Positions 39,101 to 48,723 of a stretch of DNA of 64,000 bases are shown here, piece after piece. The DNA lies in the NCBI GenBank assembly GCA_963667035.1, contig OY762964.1, positions 2,752,001-2,816,000 on the forward strand, in the 5' to 3' direction. Position 1 is the stretch's first letter. Every line of letters begins with the position of its first letter. The notes under the pieces were generated by a model. That model was not told where the DNA came from. It was given only the letters and a program-made list of their open reading frames with translations, and searched no databases. The stretch comes from Candidatus Cloacimonadales bacterium. Its GTDB lineage: Bacteria > Cloacimonadota > Cloacimonadia > Cloacimonadales > JAFGVF01. Position numbers and translations under genes: made by a program.

Positions 39101-39424
39101 CGGTTTATAACTTCTTACCTTCCATATATAATAAGAGTAGAAGTCACTTTTTAACAGCTCATTAAAGGCTTCCTTACCCCCTCCTTCTAACTCAATATAA
39201 GTTTGACCGCTAGAACCTCCGAACATAGCAACTTGCCTGAAATCATCTAATCCCCAGTCGTATTTTACAGATAACTCTTTCGTCTTTTCGAATGCCTCTT
39301 CTCTGTTCATCGTAATATCAATATTAATAAATGACATTACTTTAGGGAAATAGTTAACAATAAAAAAAAGAGATGAGATTGAAATAAGTGTAAACACTAT
39401 CCAAAACCACATTTTCTTGAACAT
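36110..39424 (-). CDS. Large CPBP (CAAX/Abi) family intramembrane glutamic endopeptidase with duplicated extracytoplasmic domains
   Basis: WEECLFR, FGMGH, IHFVFD motifs; many TMs; two similar soluble regions (..EEAL.LAK.. / ..EPEATVLAK..). Confidence 0.85.
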   Translation of the reverse strand: MFKKMWFWIVFTLISISSLFFIVNYFPKVMSFINIDITMNREEAFEKTKELSVKYDWGLDDFRQVAMFGGSSGQTYIELEGGGKEAFNELLKSDFYSYYIWKVRSYKPGEILESDTYFKPTGEPYGFDIKLPEDLELPNLTSEEALELAKTRAETDWGIDFTPYKLNDTKLVTTPKGRKDYTFIFERTDKKIAKAKFRINLSVRGNKFTGLYHSLKTPEAFQRRYSEMRSANNTIAGVGSVLMIILYGALGIVVGAFFLIKIKWLLWKRALFWGILVALLEFIASFNDLSLSWLWYQTSSSVNEHIFGYVSSSLVNFFSNTIILSASFMVAEGFTRKAFGKHTQLWKSWSPGVANSKKLLGNTIGGYLWVPISLTYILVFYMITTKYFGWWNSSSLSVDPNTLATSFPWLGSIARALHAGFWEECLFRAIPIAGAVLIGRKLGKEKLFFWIGMIVQVIIFGMGHANYAAQPSYARVIELILPSLVFAVAYVRFGLITGVMIHFVFDAVLMGLPIWMVESNEMIGNKVLFVLVMLFPILILVYRRVRERKCQDDLSGSYNEDWQPEIKKVSTISKSVVRNDNSKQLGKIIPILGIVGLILALLFFRVNYNASKLEITNEEAIAKATEFIESLGVEDLDQYEVMTEAQNGHKIVVSQIWHFLGEENFNNLSDNFVKCNAIAVRFAKFQGDLQERAEEFSVTYTKDGMLQNYRHDFHEESEGVNLTEPEATVLAKEQLEKIHQIDFNDLTLVKAIPSLRDNRTDWYFTYKDTVNYSLGDNYINYGIGFAGDELSTIYKGIKLPEKESLRFWNSYRTREAIFSILDIVTMLPYLGALIVIIIAWTKKLLNMKVFFILLILILIIFFIGFGLEYSNMKMGYSTSQPLGNQNVMSILVTILITVVVGFFVSIVMAYYAKDKNVSGTLLNSISIGFIAIGFYLLVMELLPKITASIPDSSVMVNSVPIIGAIIDSLKMFVRSLTLIMPVFIVIDKITDGFKKRNILMFIMLLLLTASLSMKSTFLYLDSTQIITWLVVTVVMTVIVHIFVKKLVATNRLSLIWIAGLYVTFKVLKMSMSDSFVGAKMYFLLGAIAVILATFGLSKLIDKSK

Positions 39425-39640
39425 TATACCTCCGATTAGTTTTGCTAGTCACATAAAACCATAAATAAACCTTTTCATGTTCATCTTTTCTGATTAAGTT
39501 TTTAGTAATCAAGCTTTTTCTACAAATCGTTAGCATTTTAACGAGGTGATGCTTGATTTTGCTACTTAGCTGTTAAGAAAAGACTTTGACAAAAGAACTA
39601 GTAGTTTACAATAGAAATTGAAACTCGTTCCGGAGGAAAA

Positions 39641-40312
39641 ATGAAACGTTTGTTAATGATTATAACAGTATTGTATTTAATGTTATCAGGCTGTACTGAA
39701 GACATAGATAAGATTGACTATACTATGCTTGAAGATGAAATATTCTTTCAACTTGATGAGATTTACAAGAATCCAGAATTGGAGAAAAATATTCCTAATG
39801 ATAATTTCGAACATCTCTTAAGTCAGAAAAGAGTAAAACTGTTTTCAAAAAGATTTGAAGCACTCCAAAAAGCAAACAACAAAATTGGTGCATTTTACGA
39901 GGAATACTACTACAATAGATTTGGTGAACTATTCGGAAATAACTATCCTTTAGAAAGCTATGAGCTGAAATCCTTTGTGAGACTTAGGGAATCAGAACTT
40001 GGTTTGGCTGAATATGATAATGTTACTGAAGCAGTAGTTGCAGAAGAAACAAAGAAAGACTTCGAGACAGGACATGCAGAGTATAGGCTCGAGACTAATG
40101 ATGAATATGTTGTTTACATGACTACTGACGATAATACTGTTTTTAGAGATGATGAAAACTATTATTATACCGGACACATATATTTTGGTGGAATACCTAA
40201 TCCGGTAGGCATGAGAGTAAGAATTCACTATAACAACATATCTGTGTATGACGAAGACAATGAAAAAGTAATCAAAGCATTATTAATAGAGCAACTTGAC
40301 CCTAAAAAATAG
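39641..40312 (+). CDS. Hypothetical lipoprotein
   Basis: GGAGG RBS, lipobox LSGC. Confidence 0.7.
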   Translation: MKRLLMIITVLYLMLSGCTEDIDKIDYTMLEDEIFFQLDEIYKNPELEKNIPNDNFEHLLSQKRVKLFSKRFEALQKANNKIGAFYEEYYYNRFGELFGNNYPLESYELKSFVRLRESELGLAEYDNVTEAVVAEETKKDFETGHAEYRLETNDEYVVYMTTDDNTVFRDDENYYYTGHIYFGGIPNPVGMRVRIHYNNISVYDEDNEKVIKALLIEQLDPKK

Positions 40313-40334
40313 CTACAAGTCAATTAGGTTATTT

Positions 40335-41798
40335 TTACTCTTTAAAAACTGCTTTCAATTCAGGATTGTTAGGATCAATAGCCTTTGCTATTTTCCAATT
40401 ATCGTAGGCTTTTTTACTATCTCCCATTCTGTAGTATATGGAACCTAACTTGATATAGGCTAGAGCCATATTGGGTGCTAAACGGATTGCTGCCTTGCAC
40501 TCTAGAACAGCTTCTTCAAGCTTGCTTTGATAGTAGTATTTAGTTGCTTTAGTTATATGAATCAAAGCTTCATTTAAGTCCTTGTAATCCTTTAGCTCAA
40601 GCCGAACTGCATCAAGCTCTTTTGATTTTCTTAAATACTCATCCGTTGAAATGCCTGTAAACACTTTAAGTGTGTCTACGACATAAATAGTATCTTTGAT
40701 AATCTTCTCAACTTCAATATAAAGAGTGTCCATTGAAACCGGTTGCATTGACTCAACAACCTTCATAGGTTCTCTGATAATTTCTCTTTGAACTCTTGGA
40801 GGTATATGAGATGCAAGTTTATATTCCTCTGTTGTTGAATTACCGAGTTTAACTTCAAGTCCAATGAAGTGATTGCCATATGGAATCTCTAAATCAGAAA
40901 AGAGGGGGTAACTAAAGCCGTAATCAAGAGAAAGGTCTATTGATTTGGTATTTATCATTTCTCTATTGTTTAACGGATTTCTATACTTCTGAATATACTC
41001 TTTCCGTAGAACTAATAGACCTAATCCAAAACTCATTTCATTGTTATTTACACCACTTCTAAAAGCTAGATTTTCAGTAAGTCTATATTCTGTGCCTAAT
41101 GAATACGTAAAATCATTGAAGTCTTTTTCCTTGTAGCTGTTGTACGTTACATCAGAGGCTATTAACCATTGAGGAATAATGTTATACGTTGCACCTAATC
41201 CAAACTCTCTTGGCAGGGCATCATCTGCCTCTATTGCTAACTTTGTTTGAAATATATTCCTACTAACAAATCCCATTTGAAAACCGGTTGAGACCAGATA
41301 TGCTACCCCGAAGTCCATATCAATAGCGGATTTACTTGTGTCATTGTTCACAAAGAAAGGATCATTAGCTGTATATTCATTTGTTCCGTAGTCGATGTTA
41401 TATAGATTAAGTCCAAAACCAGCTTTCAGTTTGTCACCAAATAGATACGAACCAGCATGAAGGCCTACATGGATTTCGTTATATAAATCCGATTGGAAAA
41501 TAGATGAACTGAATGCCGTACTGAATTGATTGCCAATAGGGATTGTTAGAATAACAGCATTGTAATCCAAATTGTCGTTTTCGATACCATAAAGATATGC
41601 TCTATTATCTGTTAATAGCGAGAAGTCACTCAAATGAGCCAGTAAAGCAGGATTATAGACAGAAGCAGAACCATCATAGGATTGAGAGATTCCTGTTTTT
41701 CCCATAGAAAAATTTCTTATTCCGGCTTTCTCAAAAGTATAAGCTATTAGGTTAGAAATGATAAACAAAGCAGAAATTATTATTACTATTCTTTTCAT
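40335..41798 (-). CDS. PorV/PorQ-like outer-membrane beta-barrel with C-terminal coiled coil and TPR
   Basis: Signal peptide from 41798; AGIRNFSMG...DGSASVYNPALL (PorV/FadL-like N-terminus); amphipathic strands (DMDFGVAY, LGTEY, LAFRSG, LDYGF); TPR (ALAYIKLGSIYYRMG...AIDPNN). Confidence 0.7.
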   Translation of the reverse strand: MKRIVIIISALFIISNLIAYTFEKAGIRNFSMGKTGISQSYDGSASVYNPALLAHLSDFSLLTDNRAYLYGIENDNLDYNAVILTIPIGNQFSTAFSSSIFQSDLYNEIHVGLHAGSYLFGDKLKAGFGLNLYNIDYGTNEYTANDPFFVNNDTSKSAIDMDFGVAYLVSTGFQMGFVSRNIFQTKLAIEADDALPREFGLGATYNIIPQWLIASDVTYNSYKEKDFNDFTYSLGTEYRLTENLAFRSGVNNNEMSFGLGLLVLRKEYIQKYRNPLNNREMINTKSIDLSLDYGFSYPLFSDLEIPYGNHFIGLEVKLGNSTTEEYKLASHIPPRVQREIIREPMKVVESMQPVSMDTLYIEVEKIIKDTIYVVDTLKVFTGISTDEYLRKSKELDAVRLELKDYKDLNEALIHITKATKYYYQSKLEEAVLECKAAIRLAPNMALAYIKLGSIYYRMGDSKKAYDNWKIAKAIDPNNPELKAVFKE

Positions 41799-41808
41799 CA
41801 CTTCCTCC

Positions 41809-44800
41809 CTACTTTGCAACCGTTATTGTGTTTAGATGAACTTTGCCATTAACTTTTACCTGACACAGATAGATTCCCGGAGAAACTAATTTCCCACTTT
41901 GATTTACTCCTTCCCAAACTGCTGATTTGCAGTTATAAGTCTGATTAGTTTCAGGATTTATATAATTGTATGTGCTACAGGATAACTTCTTAACCTTCTT
42001 ACCACTACGATTAAAAACTATACAATCAACCTTATCATTCTGAGAATCAACCGGGATTATTATGCGAGCCTGATCGTTGTAACCATCCCAATTAGGAGTT
42101 ATTATATCCGGTATTACTGTTACTCTATCAATATCAGTATTTTTAAAAATGTTTATCGAGAACTGAGCCTCAGCTCCTAATGGTTCAGGCTTTGATTTAT
42201 CATGGGCCGCAATATCAATACTTAATTGTTGTCCCTCATAGTAATAGTTATCAATTATATAAGTTAACAGATAGCCTAAAGAATCAGGATTTGAATTATA
42301 AGTAGAATTATCAAGATTAAAACTGTTTATGTCTCGGTTGTTAATTTTAAGACTAATCGAGGTTGAGTCTATTCCAGTTCCTTTATCTAGGATAGCTATT
42401 TCTAAAGACTCATTAATCTTAATTTCGCTTTCAGGATATTTAAGTATAAAATATGGTTCAAACTCATCCTCTATTAAGTTAAAACTATACTTATCTTCAA
42501 GAAGATTACCTATATTATCAGCAATAGAATATGAGACTTCAACGGTTTCAGCCCCATTCAAATCATCTGTAATATAGCGTATTTTACACCCATTGTCTGA
42601 TAACTCTGTATAAAAATCAAAAATCGGTGTACTATTGATGTTGAAGGAAATGTTGTTTGGATTAACACCGGAAAGGTCATCGTAAAAGTGGAGATATATA
42701 AGAGAGAAAGGATATCCAAACTCTCCTTCGGCAGGATTAGACATTACAAGATAAGGAGGATCAATATCATTGATTGTAGTAAAGTGGTAATTAATGCTAG
42801 CTTCATTATGATTTGAAGAGTTGTCTATAGCATAAATCTGAATATTGACTGTCTGATTATAATTGAATTTTGATTCCGGTGTGTAGAGAATGGAGTAACC
42901 TGTTGCTTCATTTTCTATAACTTCCTCAATCAGATAATCCTCAATCTGTTGATTATTGATATTAAATAGGATGGAGTTTGGATTTACTCCTGTTTCTGTA
43001 TCCATGATTCTGAAAGATATAGAAGTATCAATAGGTATTCCAATGCTTTGTTGAGCAGGATTAAAGCTTTCAAAATACGGTGGAATCATATCATCATCTG
43101 CAACTACAAAACTAAAATTATAATTAGAGAGTGAATTAGGTATCGGAGCAAGGTCGGAAACAGAAACAACTATTGTGACAGTTTCACCATATTCATACGG
43201 CTCATGATTCCATGTAATCCTATAATTACTTTCATTTTCTATTTGCTCTGTTACAGGTATAATCTCAACGTTATTCTCATGAATAACTAAAGAATTAATA
43301 TCCACACCTAATCCTGAATCATGAATCTCAAATGACACATTCTCTGTTGCCGGAACTCCAATATCATTATTCTCCGGATGTAAGTTGCTAAGAAACGGTG
43401 GTTCAATATCAGGTATTACTCTAAAAGAGTATGAAGTATCCATAGAATTGGGAACAGAAGCCAAGTCTTCACAAATAACTCTTACTGTAACCCATTGGTT
43501 GAAATCAAAATTGACACTTGATGTGTATAGAACATCGACTTGCTCTATGGTTTCATTAACTATTATGTACTCGGTAATATCATTTTCATTTATATATAAT
43601 CTAACGGATTTAGGATTGACACCGGTTAACTCGTCTTTCAAAGATAAGGTAATATCTGTATTAGGCAATACGTTTAACTCTTGGTCTGCCGGTGATGTTG
43701 AAGAAATGTATGGTGTTCCCAAATCTTGAATACAGGTAAAAGTGTATTCTTCCATATTCATAACATTTGCAGGTATATTATAATCTGATGCATTAATTTG
43801 TACTGTGACAATATTGCTATAATAGTTCTCAGGAGTATGAGAGATTCTATATCCATTTGTGATTTCATCTACCTTTGTTGAGTTCAATCCAATAATCTCT
43901 ACTCCATTAATTCTAATAGAGACGGTTTCTAAATCAATTCCTGAAAGAGTATCAATAATATCTACACTAAATGATGTGTTTTCAGGATTGTCCATACTGA
44001 ACTTCTCCGGATGATGATTCATAGTATAAGGAGGTTCCAGATCAGCTTCTACAGTAAATACGGAAAGAGTATCGATTGAATTTTTTAATGCAGACCTGTC
44101 TTCAATATAAAAGTGTATTAAATGTTCTCCAATCTCAAATATATTATCTGGCATTGGATTCCATGATAATCTTATTCCTTTATCACTCTGAATAGGTATT
44201 ATCTCAGTTTCATTGATAATTGAATTGTTATCAAGCTCTAGGATTAGGGAATCTATATTCAAGCCTGATTCATAATCGACAATCTCTATGGTGACGGGAT
44301 GATTTCTTGCAATTACTTCCTCATAGGTTGGATCAATATACAAAATAACTGGAGATGAAATATCCTCTAAACATTGAAAAGAGTAAGCAAAAGTACTCAT
44401 AGCATTCGGACTTTCAGCAAAATCAGAAGCACTAATTAAAACATTTACCGTTTGTTCATAAGCGAAGTTTGCTGAGGGATTGATTTCGATAAAGTAATCG
44501 TTAGGAGTTCCATAATAAGAAAATTCAGAATCATCCTGAGTATAAATATTCCCATCAATATTGACTTTGATAGTAGATAAATCTACTCCTTCACCTAAAT
44601 CTAAAATATGGAATGATATATTTGTATCTACACTTACGTCAGTATCTCCCGGAGCCGGATTCCATGTACTAGTATAAGGAGGATCCGTATCCTGACGAGT
44701 AAAAAAACGATAAGCTGTTGTAGGAATTGTGAAGCCATCATTATCATTCGCTACAACAGAGACATCAATAACTTGATTGTAACCAAAGAATTCTTCAGGA

Positions 44801-46470
44801 TTTATAGCAATTCTATAACTATTTAGAGCTCCTGAGTAAGTGAGATTAGGAGAGTTTATGTCATAGATTGTTCCTGCAATGACTACTCTTATTGAGTTGA
44901 TATCTATCTCTTCATCATCTGTTAATGAAAATGATACTGGCTGAGCAATATCTACATCACTAGCTCCATTTGATGGAGTTGGATTGCTAAAGTAGGGAAT
45001 CCCTCCAAGTATTGTTGTGGCACTTCCAAAGTTATTATATCCTTGAGGTGCAGCAATAGTGATGTCCATCTTGTCATCATTATTAAAGTCATGAACTACA
45101 AAATCAGAACCAAGCCTATCATCTACAGAGTTTCCAATTATCCTCATATCAGGATTACTATCTTCTATGTTAATGTTTATAGGAGGATTGTCTTGACCAT
45201 AAAGAATATCAACTTTACCACTTCCAATACCATTTATTGTTGTTGCCCCAGAAGTTCCGATTATTAAATCTTGAATTTGGTCTCCTGATAAGTCTTTAAT
45301 TAACAAAGTACTTCCAAAATTATCATCAGTTTCTTCTGCCGTTATAACCATATTGGCATTATTCTGATTCAATTCAATACTTGAGGGTAGAGAGTTACTA
45401 CCAAACAACAGATAGATTCTACCCCGTTCCAGATCTGTAGAAAAATCCGTGATTACTAAATCATCGTTGTTATCATGGTTATAATCTCCACAAGCCATTG
45501 AATTCCCAAAACGGGAATTCTGCTCTCGTGCCTTTATCGTTAGATTAACATAATTGGAATTACCAAGTGATATCTCTTGGTATGGCATACTGGTTCTACC
45601 ATAAACAACATATATAGCACCACTATTATTGTATATACCATTATCATAACCCGGAGCAGATACTAAAAGATCATTAAATAAATCATTGTTTATATTACCG
45701 CTAGAAAAAGAAAATGAGGAATTGTCATTAGAGTTTAAACCTAGAAATACAGTTATGTTATCCAACTCATTAATAGTACTTTGTTGAGGATAAGTGGAAT
45801 TGCTCCACAGAATATAAGTCTTTCCGCAATTATTTGCTACATTACTATCAGCAGTCGGAGCACCAATAATTATTTCGGATTGTGAGTCATTATTTATATC
45901 TGTTAGTATTAGACTTGAGCCAATTAAGTCATTTTGAGAAGAGCCGATAAAAGTTTGAGTTTCGTATTCAGCCAAATCAATAAGTGAAGGAAGTTGATTA
46001 CTTCCCTTTATAACATAGACTTTTCCAGTTTGGTCCAGTATATCAGTGCCTGCATAAGGTGCTCCAATAACCAGGTCTGAATATATATCCGAATCAATGA
46101 GGCCGGAATCTATTGATTTTCCCAATTGATCGTTGTTTTCTGCTCCGACTATAGTTACATCTGCATTTGAGATTGATAGATTAATGTATTCGTAATTAGG
46201 AATTGATTCATTACCAAAAAAAATGTAAACAGCACCGGCTGAATTCCTTCCTTGAAAATCAGAAAAAGGAGCAGAGCATATCAAGTCGCTTATTCCATCA
46301 CCATTAATATCACCACTACAAATATCGTAAGAAAAGAAATCAAAGGCTGTGTCTCCAGATACGCAATGGTTACCATTCCATTGTGATAAGTCATAATTTA
46401 CAAATGAATCCAAATCAAGTAAAGCTATGAATACGATAAATATAAGTGCGTAAACTTTTTTTGTGCTCAT
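41809..46470 (-). CDS. Giant surface adhesin-like protein: 7 FG-GAP repeats, 9 Ig-like repeats, gliding-motility-type C-terminal domain
   Basis: Signal peptide; seven GD.N.D...DL.IGAP-type repeats; nine D..PP....P...ISF.I.D...GV repeats of about 105-115 aa; C-terminal PDIITPNWDGYND...WEG.N..GK.V.PGIY. Confidence 0.85.
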   Translation of the reverse strand: MSTKKVYALIFIVFIALLDLDSFVNYDLSQWNGNHCVSGDTAFDFFSYDICSGDINGDGISDLICSAPFSDFQGRNSAGAVYIFFGNESIPNYEYINLSISNADVTIVGAENNDQLGKSIDSGLIDSDIYSDLVIGAPYAGTDILDQTGKVYVIKGSNQLPSLIDLAEYETQTFIGSSQNDLIGSSLILTDINNDSQSEIIIGAPTADSNVANNCGKTYILWSNSTYPQQSTINELDNITVFLGLNSNDNSSFSFSSGNINNDLFNDLLVSAPGYDNGIYNNSGAIYVVYGRTSMPYQEISLGNSNYVNLTIKAREQNSRFGNSMACGDYNHDNNDDLVITDFSTDLERGRIYLLFGSNSLPSSIELNQNNANMVITAEETDDNFGSTLLIKDLSGDQIQDLIIGTSGATTINGIGSGKVDILYGQDNPPININIEDSNPDMRIIGNSVDDRLGSDFVVHDFNNDDKMDITIAAPQGYNNFGSATTILGGIPYFSNPTPSNGASDVDIAQPVSFSLTDDEEIDINSIRVVIAGTIYDINSPNLTYSGALNSYRIAINPEEFFGYNQVIDVSVVANDNDGFTIPTTAYRFFTRQDTDPPYTSTWNPAPGDTDVSVDTNISFHILDLGEGVDLSTIKVNIDGNIYTQDDSEFSYYGTPNDYFIEINPSANFAYEQTVNVLISASDFAESPNAMSTFAYSFQCLEDISSPVILYIDPTYEEVIARNHPVTIEIVDYESGLNIDSLILELDNNSIINETEIIPIQSDKGIRLSWNPMPDNIFEIGEHLIHFYIEDRSALKNSIDTLSVFTVEADLEPPYTMNHHPEKFSMDNPENTSFSVDIIDTLSGIDLETVSIRINGVEIIGLNSTKVDEITNGYRISHTPENYYSNIVTVQINASDYNIPANVMNMEEYTFTCIQDLGTPYISSTSPADQELNVLPNTDITLSLKDELTGVNPKSVRLYINENDITEYIIVNETIEQVDVLYTSSVNFDFNQWVTVRVICEDLASVPNSMDTSYSFRVIPDIEPPFLSNLHPENNDIGVPATENVSFEIHDSGLGVDINSLVIHENNVEIIPVTEQIENESNYRITWNHEPYEYGETVTIVVSVSDLAPIPNSLSNYNFSFVVADDDMIPPYFESFNPAQQSIGIPIDTSISFRIMDTETGVNPNSILFNINNQQIEDYLIEEVIENEATGYSILYTPESKFNYNQTVNIQIYAIDNSSNHNEASINYHFTTINDIDPPYLVMSNPAEGEFGYPFSLIYLHFYDDLSGVNPNNISFNINSTPIFDFYTELSDNGCKIRYITDDLNGAETVEVSYSIADNIGNLLEDKYSFNLIEDEFEPYFILKYPESEIKINESLEIAILDKGTGIDSTSISLKINNRDINSFNLDNSTYNSNPDSLGYLLTYIIDNYYYEGQQLSIDIAAHDKSKPEPLGAEAQFSINIFKNTDIDRVTVIPDIITPNWDGYNDQARIIIPVDSQNDKVDCIVFNRSGKKVKKLSCSTYNYINPETNQTYNCKSAVWEGVNQSGKLVSPGIYLCQVKVNGKVHLNTITVAK

Positions 46471-46595
46471 GATAACTCCTTAAAAACGACTTTAATAAGT
46501 CCTGGAATGCATAAAGTCAAACAAAAAAAATATTAATTTTTTACTTGCCACATAAAAGAGAATTGAATTTAATCCAATTATCTTGGGAGGATTGG

Positions 46596-47975
46596 ATGAT
46601 AAGGAAAACTGTTATTTACTTGTTGATTATCTCTGTGCTCTGTTGTGTCGTTGAGTTATATTCAGAAACAACAAGCTCTTTAGCAGAGTTAAAAGCTGAA
46701 ACTGAACTTGCAAAACGCATTGAAGACCTAGTGAAACCATTTACTGAAAAAGTTATTGTTGGAGTTGATCTTGATTTAAGATATAATCTATTTGAGACTA
46801 ACACTTCAGATTTCAAGTTCGATCCCAATATGAGCCTACCCGGTTTACCGGTAGGTAAAACAGATAATAGAATAGTTGAGAATGATCTTGAAGATGTAGT
46901 ACCAACTGAAATATTAAGAAAGAAAATTAGTATTAAAGTTCCATTAGATACTTCCAAAGAAGTAATCGAATTTCTCAATCAAGAAATACATAATATTATT
47001 ACAATAGATGAGAATAAAGGGGATATATTGCAGATAACCCCTGAATCTAATCTAACCAAGTATATCCGTTCAAAGAATAACAGGTTACAGACTTACTTTT
47101 TTCTCACCTTAATTGCAGTTATGATTTTAATGCTGAATAATATACGTAGCGGTATGAGAATAATTGCCAAGTCAATGAGAAAAATCAAAATCACTAACCT
47201 TGAAGTTCTAAATAAATCAAAAACACCGGAGATAATTAATAATAGTACTTCTGAACAAACTCATCCCAGAATTCCTCTTGAACCTATAAAAGTAAAAGTT
47301 CTTCAAGATGAAGAAGAAGATTTGATGCCAACGAGATTCGATTTCTTAGAAGATCTTTCGGATGCTAACTTGTTAGAAGTTTTAAGAGAAGAGAATCCCG
47401 AGGATATAGCATTTATTGTTTCTCAAATCTCTCCAGAAAAAGCAGGAGCTGTTTTCCAGAATCTAAAAGAGAATAAAGAACAAGTAATAAATGCAATGTT
47501 AGAAAATCAATCAAAGCTGAAGCTAGACCTTAAAATCCTAGTTGTTAATTTATATAATAAGTATCTGGAAATTATGGAGAAAGAAGCAATTCAGTTAGAG
47601 GGTGTAGGTCTACTCGCAAAAATAATAAACAGTTCGGATTATGAGAGTTCTAACATTCTATATGAATCCATAAATAATCTTGATAAAGATAAGGCTAAAG
47701 AGATTGCGAAAAAGATATTCTTATTGGATGATGTCTTATTGCTGTCTAATATTCAAATTGAACAGATTTCTCTTGAATTTACTCATCTAGAGTTAGTTAA
47801 ATTCTTAGCCTGTGTGAATACAAGAATAAAGAACAAATTCTTCTCTCAACTTTCGGAAAGAGCAACAATGATTTTTAAAGAGGACATAGAATCTCTAGGT
47901 AAGCTTTCGGAAGGAGAAAAGAGAGTTATATTGAATCACTCATTGAGAAAAATTCGTAATATTCTAAATTTCTAA
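46596..47975 (+). CDS. FliF ring-domain/TM/FliG middle+C-terminal fusion protein (putative rotor)
   Basis: GGGAGG RBS before ATG 46596; N-terminal signal/TM; FliF-C-like segment; second TM; FliG-M-like FDFL...EENPEDIAFIVS; FliG-C-like GVGLLAKIIN...IFLLDD...LSERATMIFKEDIE. Confidence 0.75.
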   Translation: MIRKTVIYLLIISVLCCVVELYSETTSSLAELKAETELAKRIEDLVKPFTEKVIVGVDLDLRYNLFETNTSDFKFDPNMSLPGLPVGKTDNRIVENDLEDVVPTEILRKKISIKVPLDTSKEVIEFLNQEIHNIITIDENKGDILQITPESNLTKYIRSKNNRLQTYFFLTLIAVMILMLNNIRSGMRIIAKSMRKIKITNLEVLNKSKTPEIINNSTSEQTHPRIPLEPIKVKVLQDEEEDLMPTRFDFLEDLSDANLLEVLREENPEDIAFIVSQISPEKAGAVFQNLKENKEQVINAMLENQSKLKLDLKILVVNLYNKYLEIMEKEAIQLEGVGLLAKIINSSDYESSNILYESINNLDKDKAKEIAKKIFLLDDVLLLSNIQIEQISLEFTHLELVKFLACVNTRIKNKFFSQLSERATMIFKEDIESLGKLSEGEKRVILNHSLRKIRNILNF

Positions 47976-47985
47976 AAGGTTTTTT

Positions 47986-48723
47986 ATGAAAATAAGTACA
48001 CTATTAGGTATAGTTTTAAGTATAGTGATTATTGTTTTTGCCATTAATGCAAAAGGTAGTTTAGTAGAATACTTTGATCCAATAGCTTTGATGGTAACAT
48101 TAGGGGGAACTGTTTCAGCTCTTTTGGCAACTTACTCGTTTTCTAGCCTTAAAGATGCAATAGAATCGTTGAAAGTAGTTTATTTTACACCGCCCATACC
48201 GCATGACGATATGGTCGAGATAATGATTGGAGTGAGTAAGGATTCTCGTTCATTAAGTTTTATGGAAATTCAAAGCTATGAAGAAGTGCAAAATATCCCA
48301 TTTCTTAAAACAACTATTACAATGTTAGCTGATAATCTTCCCAAAGACAAAATTACTGATTTTCTTGAGTCTGAAAGTAGATCAATACTTAGAAGAAGAA
48401 TTCGTTCAGCTAAGATATTCGGAGTTGCTGGAAATCTGTCACCAATGTTTGGTATGATTGGTACAGTAATTGGACTAATAGCTATGCTTGGCAATATGAG
48501 TGATCCTTCTGTTGTCCCTAGAGCTATGAGTCTTGCTCTCGTTACAACTCTATATGGATTAATTCTATCTGTGATAATTTTTAGACCAATAGCAGGTAAG
48601 ATATCTTCAGGAGCAGAATATGACTATATCAACAGAGAAATCATTATTCAAGGTATCTCAGGAATTATTGAAAAACGCAACTCGGAGATAATTAAGACTG
48701 AGTTGACTAAAATTTATGCATAA
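47986..48723 (+). CDS. motA: MotA/PomA-family stator subunit
   Basis: D..ALMVTLGGT, GNLSPMFGMIGTVIGLI.ML, MSLALVTTLYG, FRPIAGK, EIIIQGI..I. Confidence 0.88.
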   Translation: MKISTLLGIVLSIVIIVFAINAKGSLVEYFDPIALMVTLGGTVSALLATYSFSSLKDAIESLKVVYFTPPIPHDDMVEIMIGVSKDSRSLSFMEIQSYEEVQNIPFLKTTITMLADNLPKDKITDFLESESRSILRRRIRSAKIFGVAGNLSPMFGMIGTVIGLIAMLGNMSDPSVVPRAMSLALVTTLYGLILSVIIFRPIAGKISSGAEYDYINREIIIQGISGIIEKRNSEIIKTELTKIYA

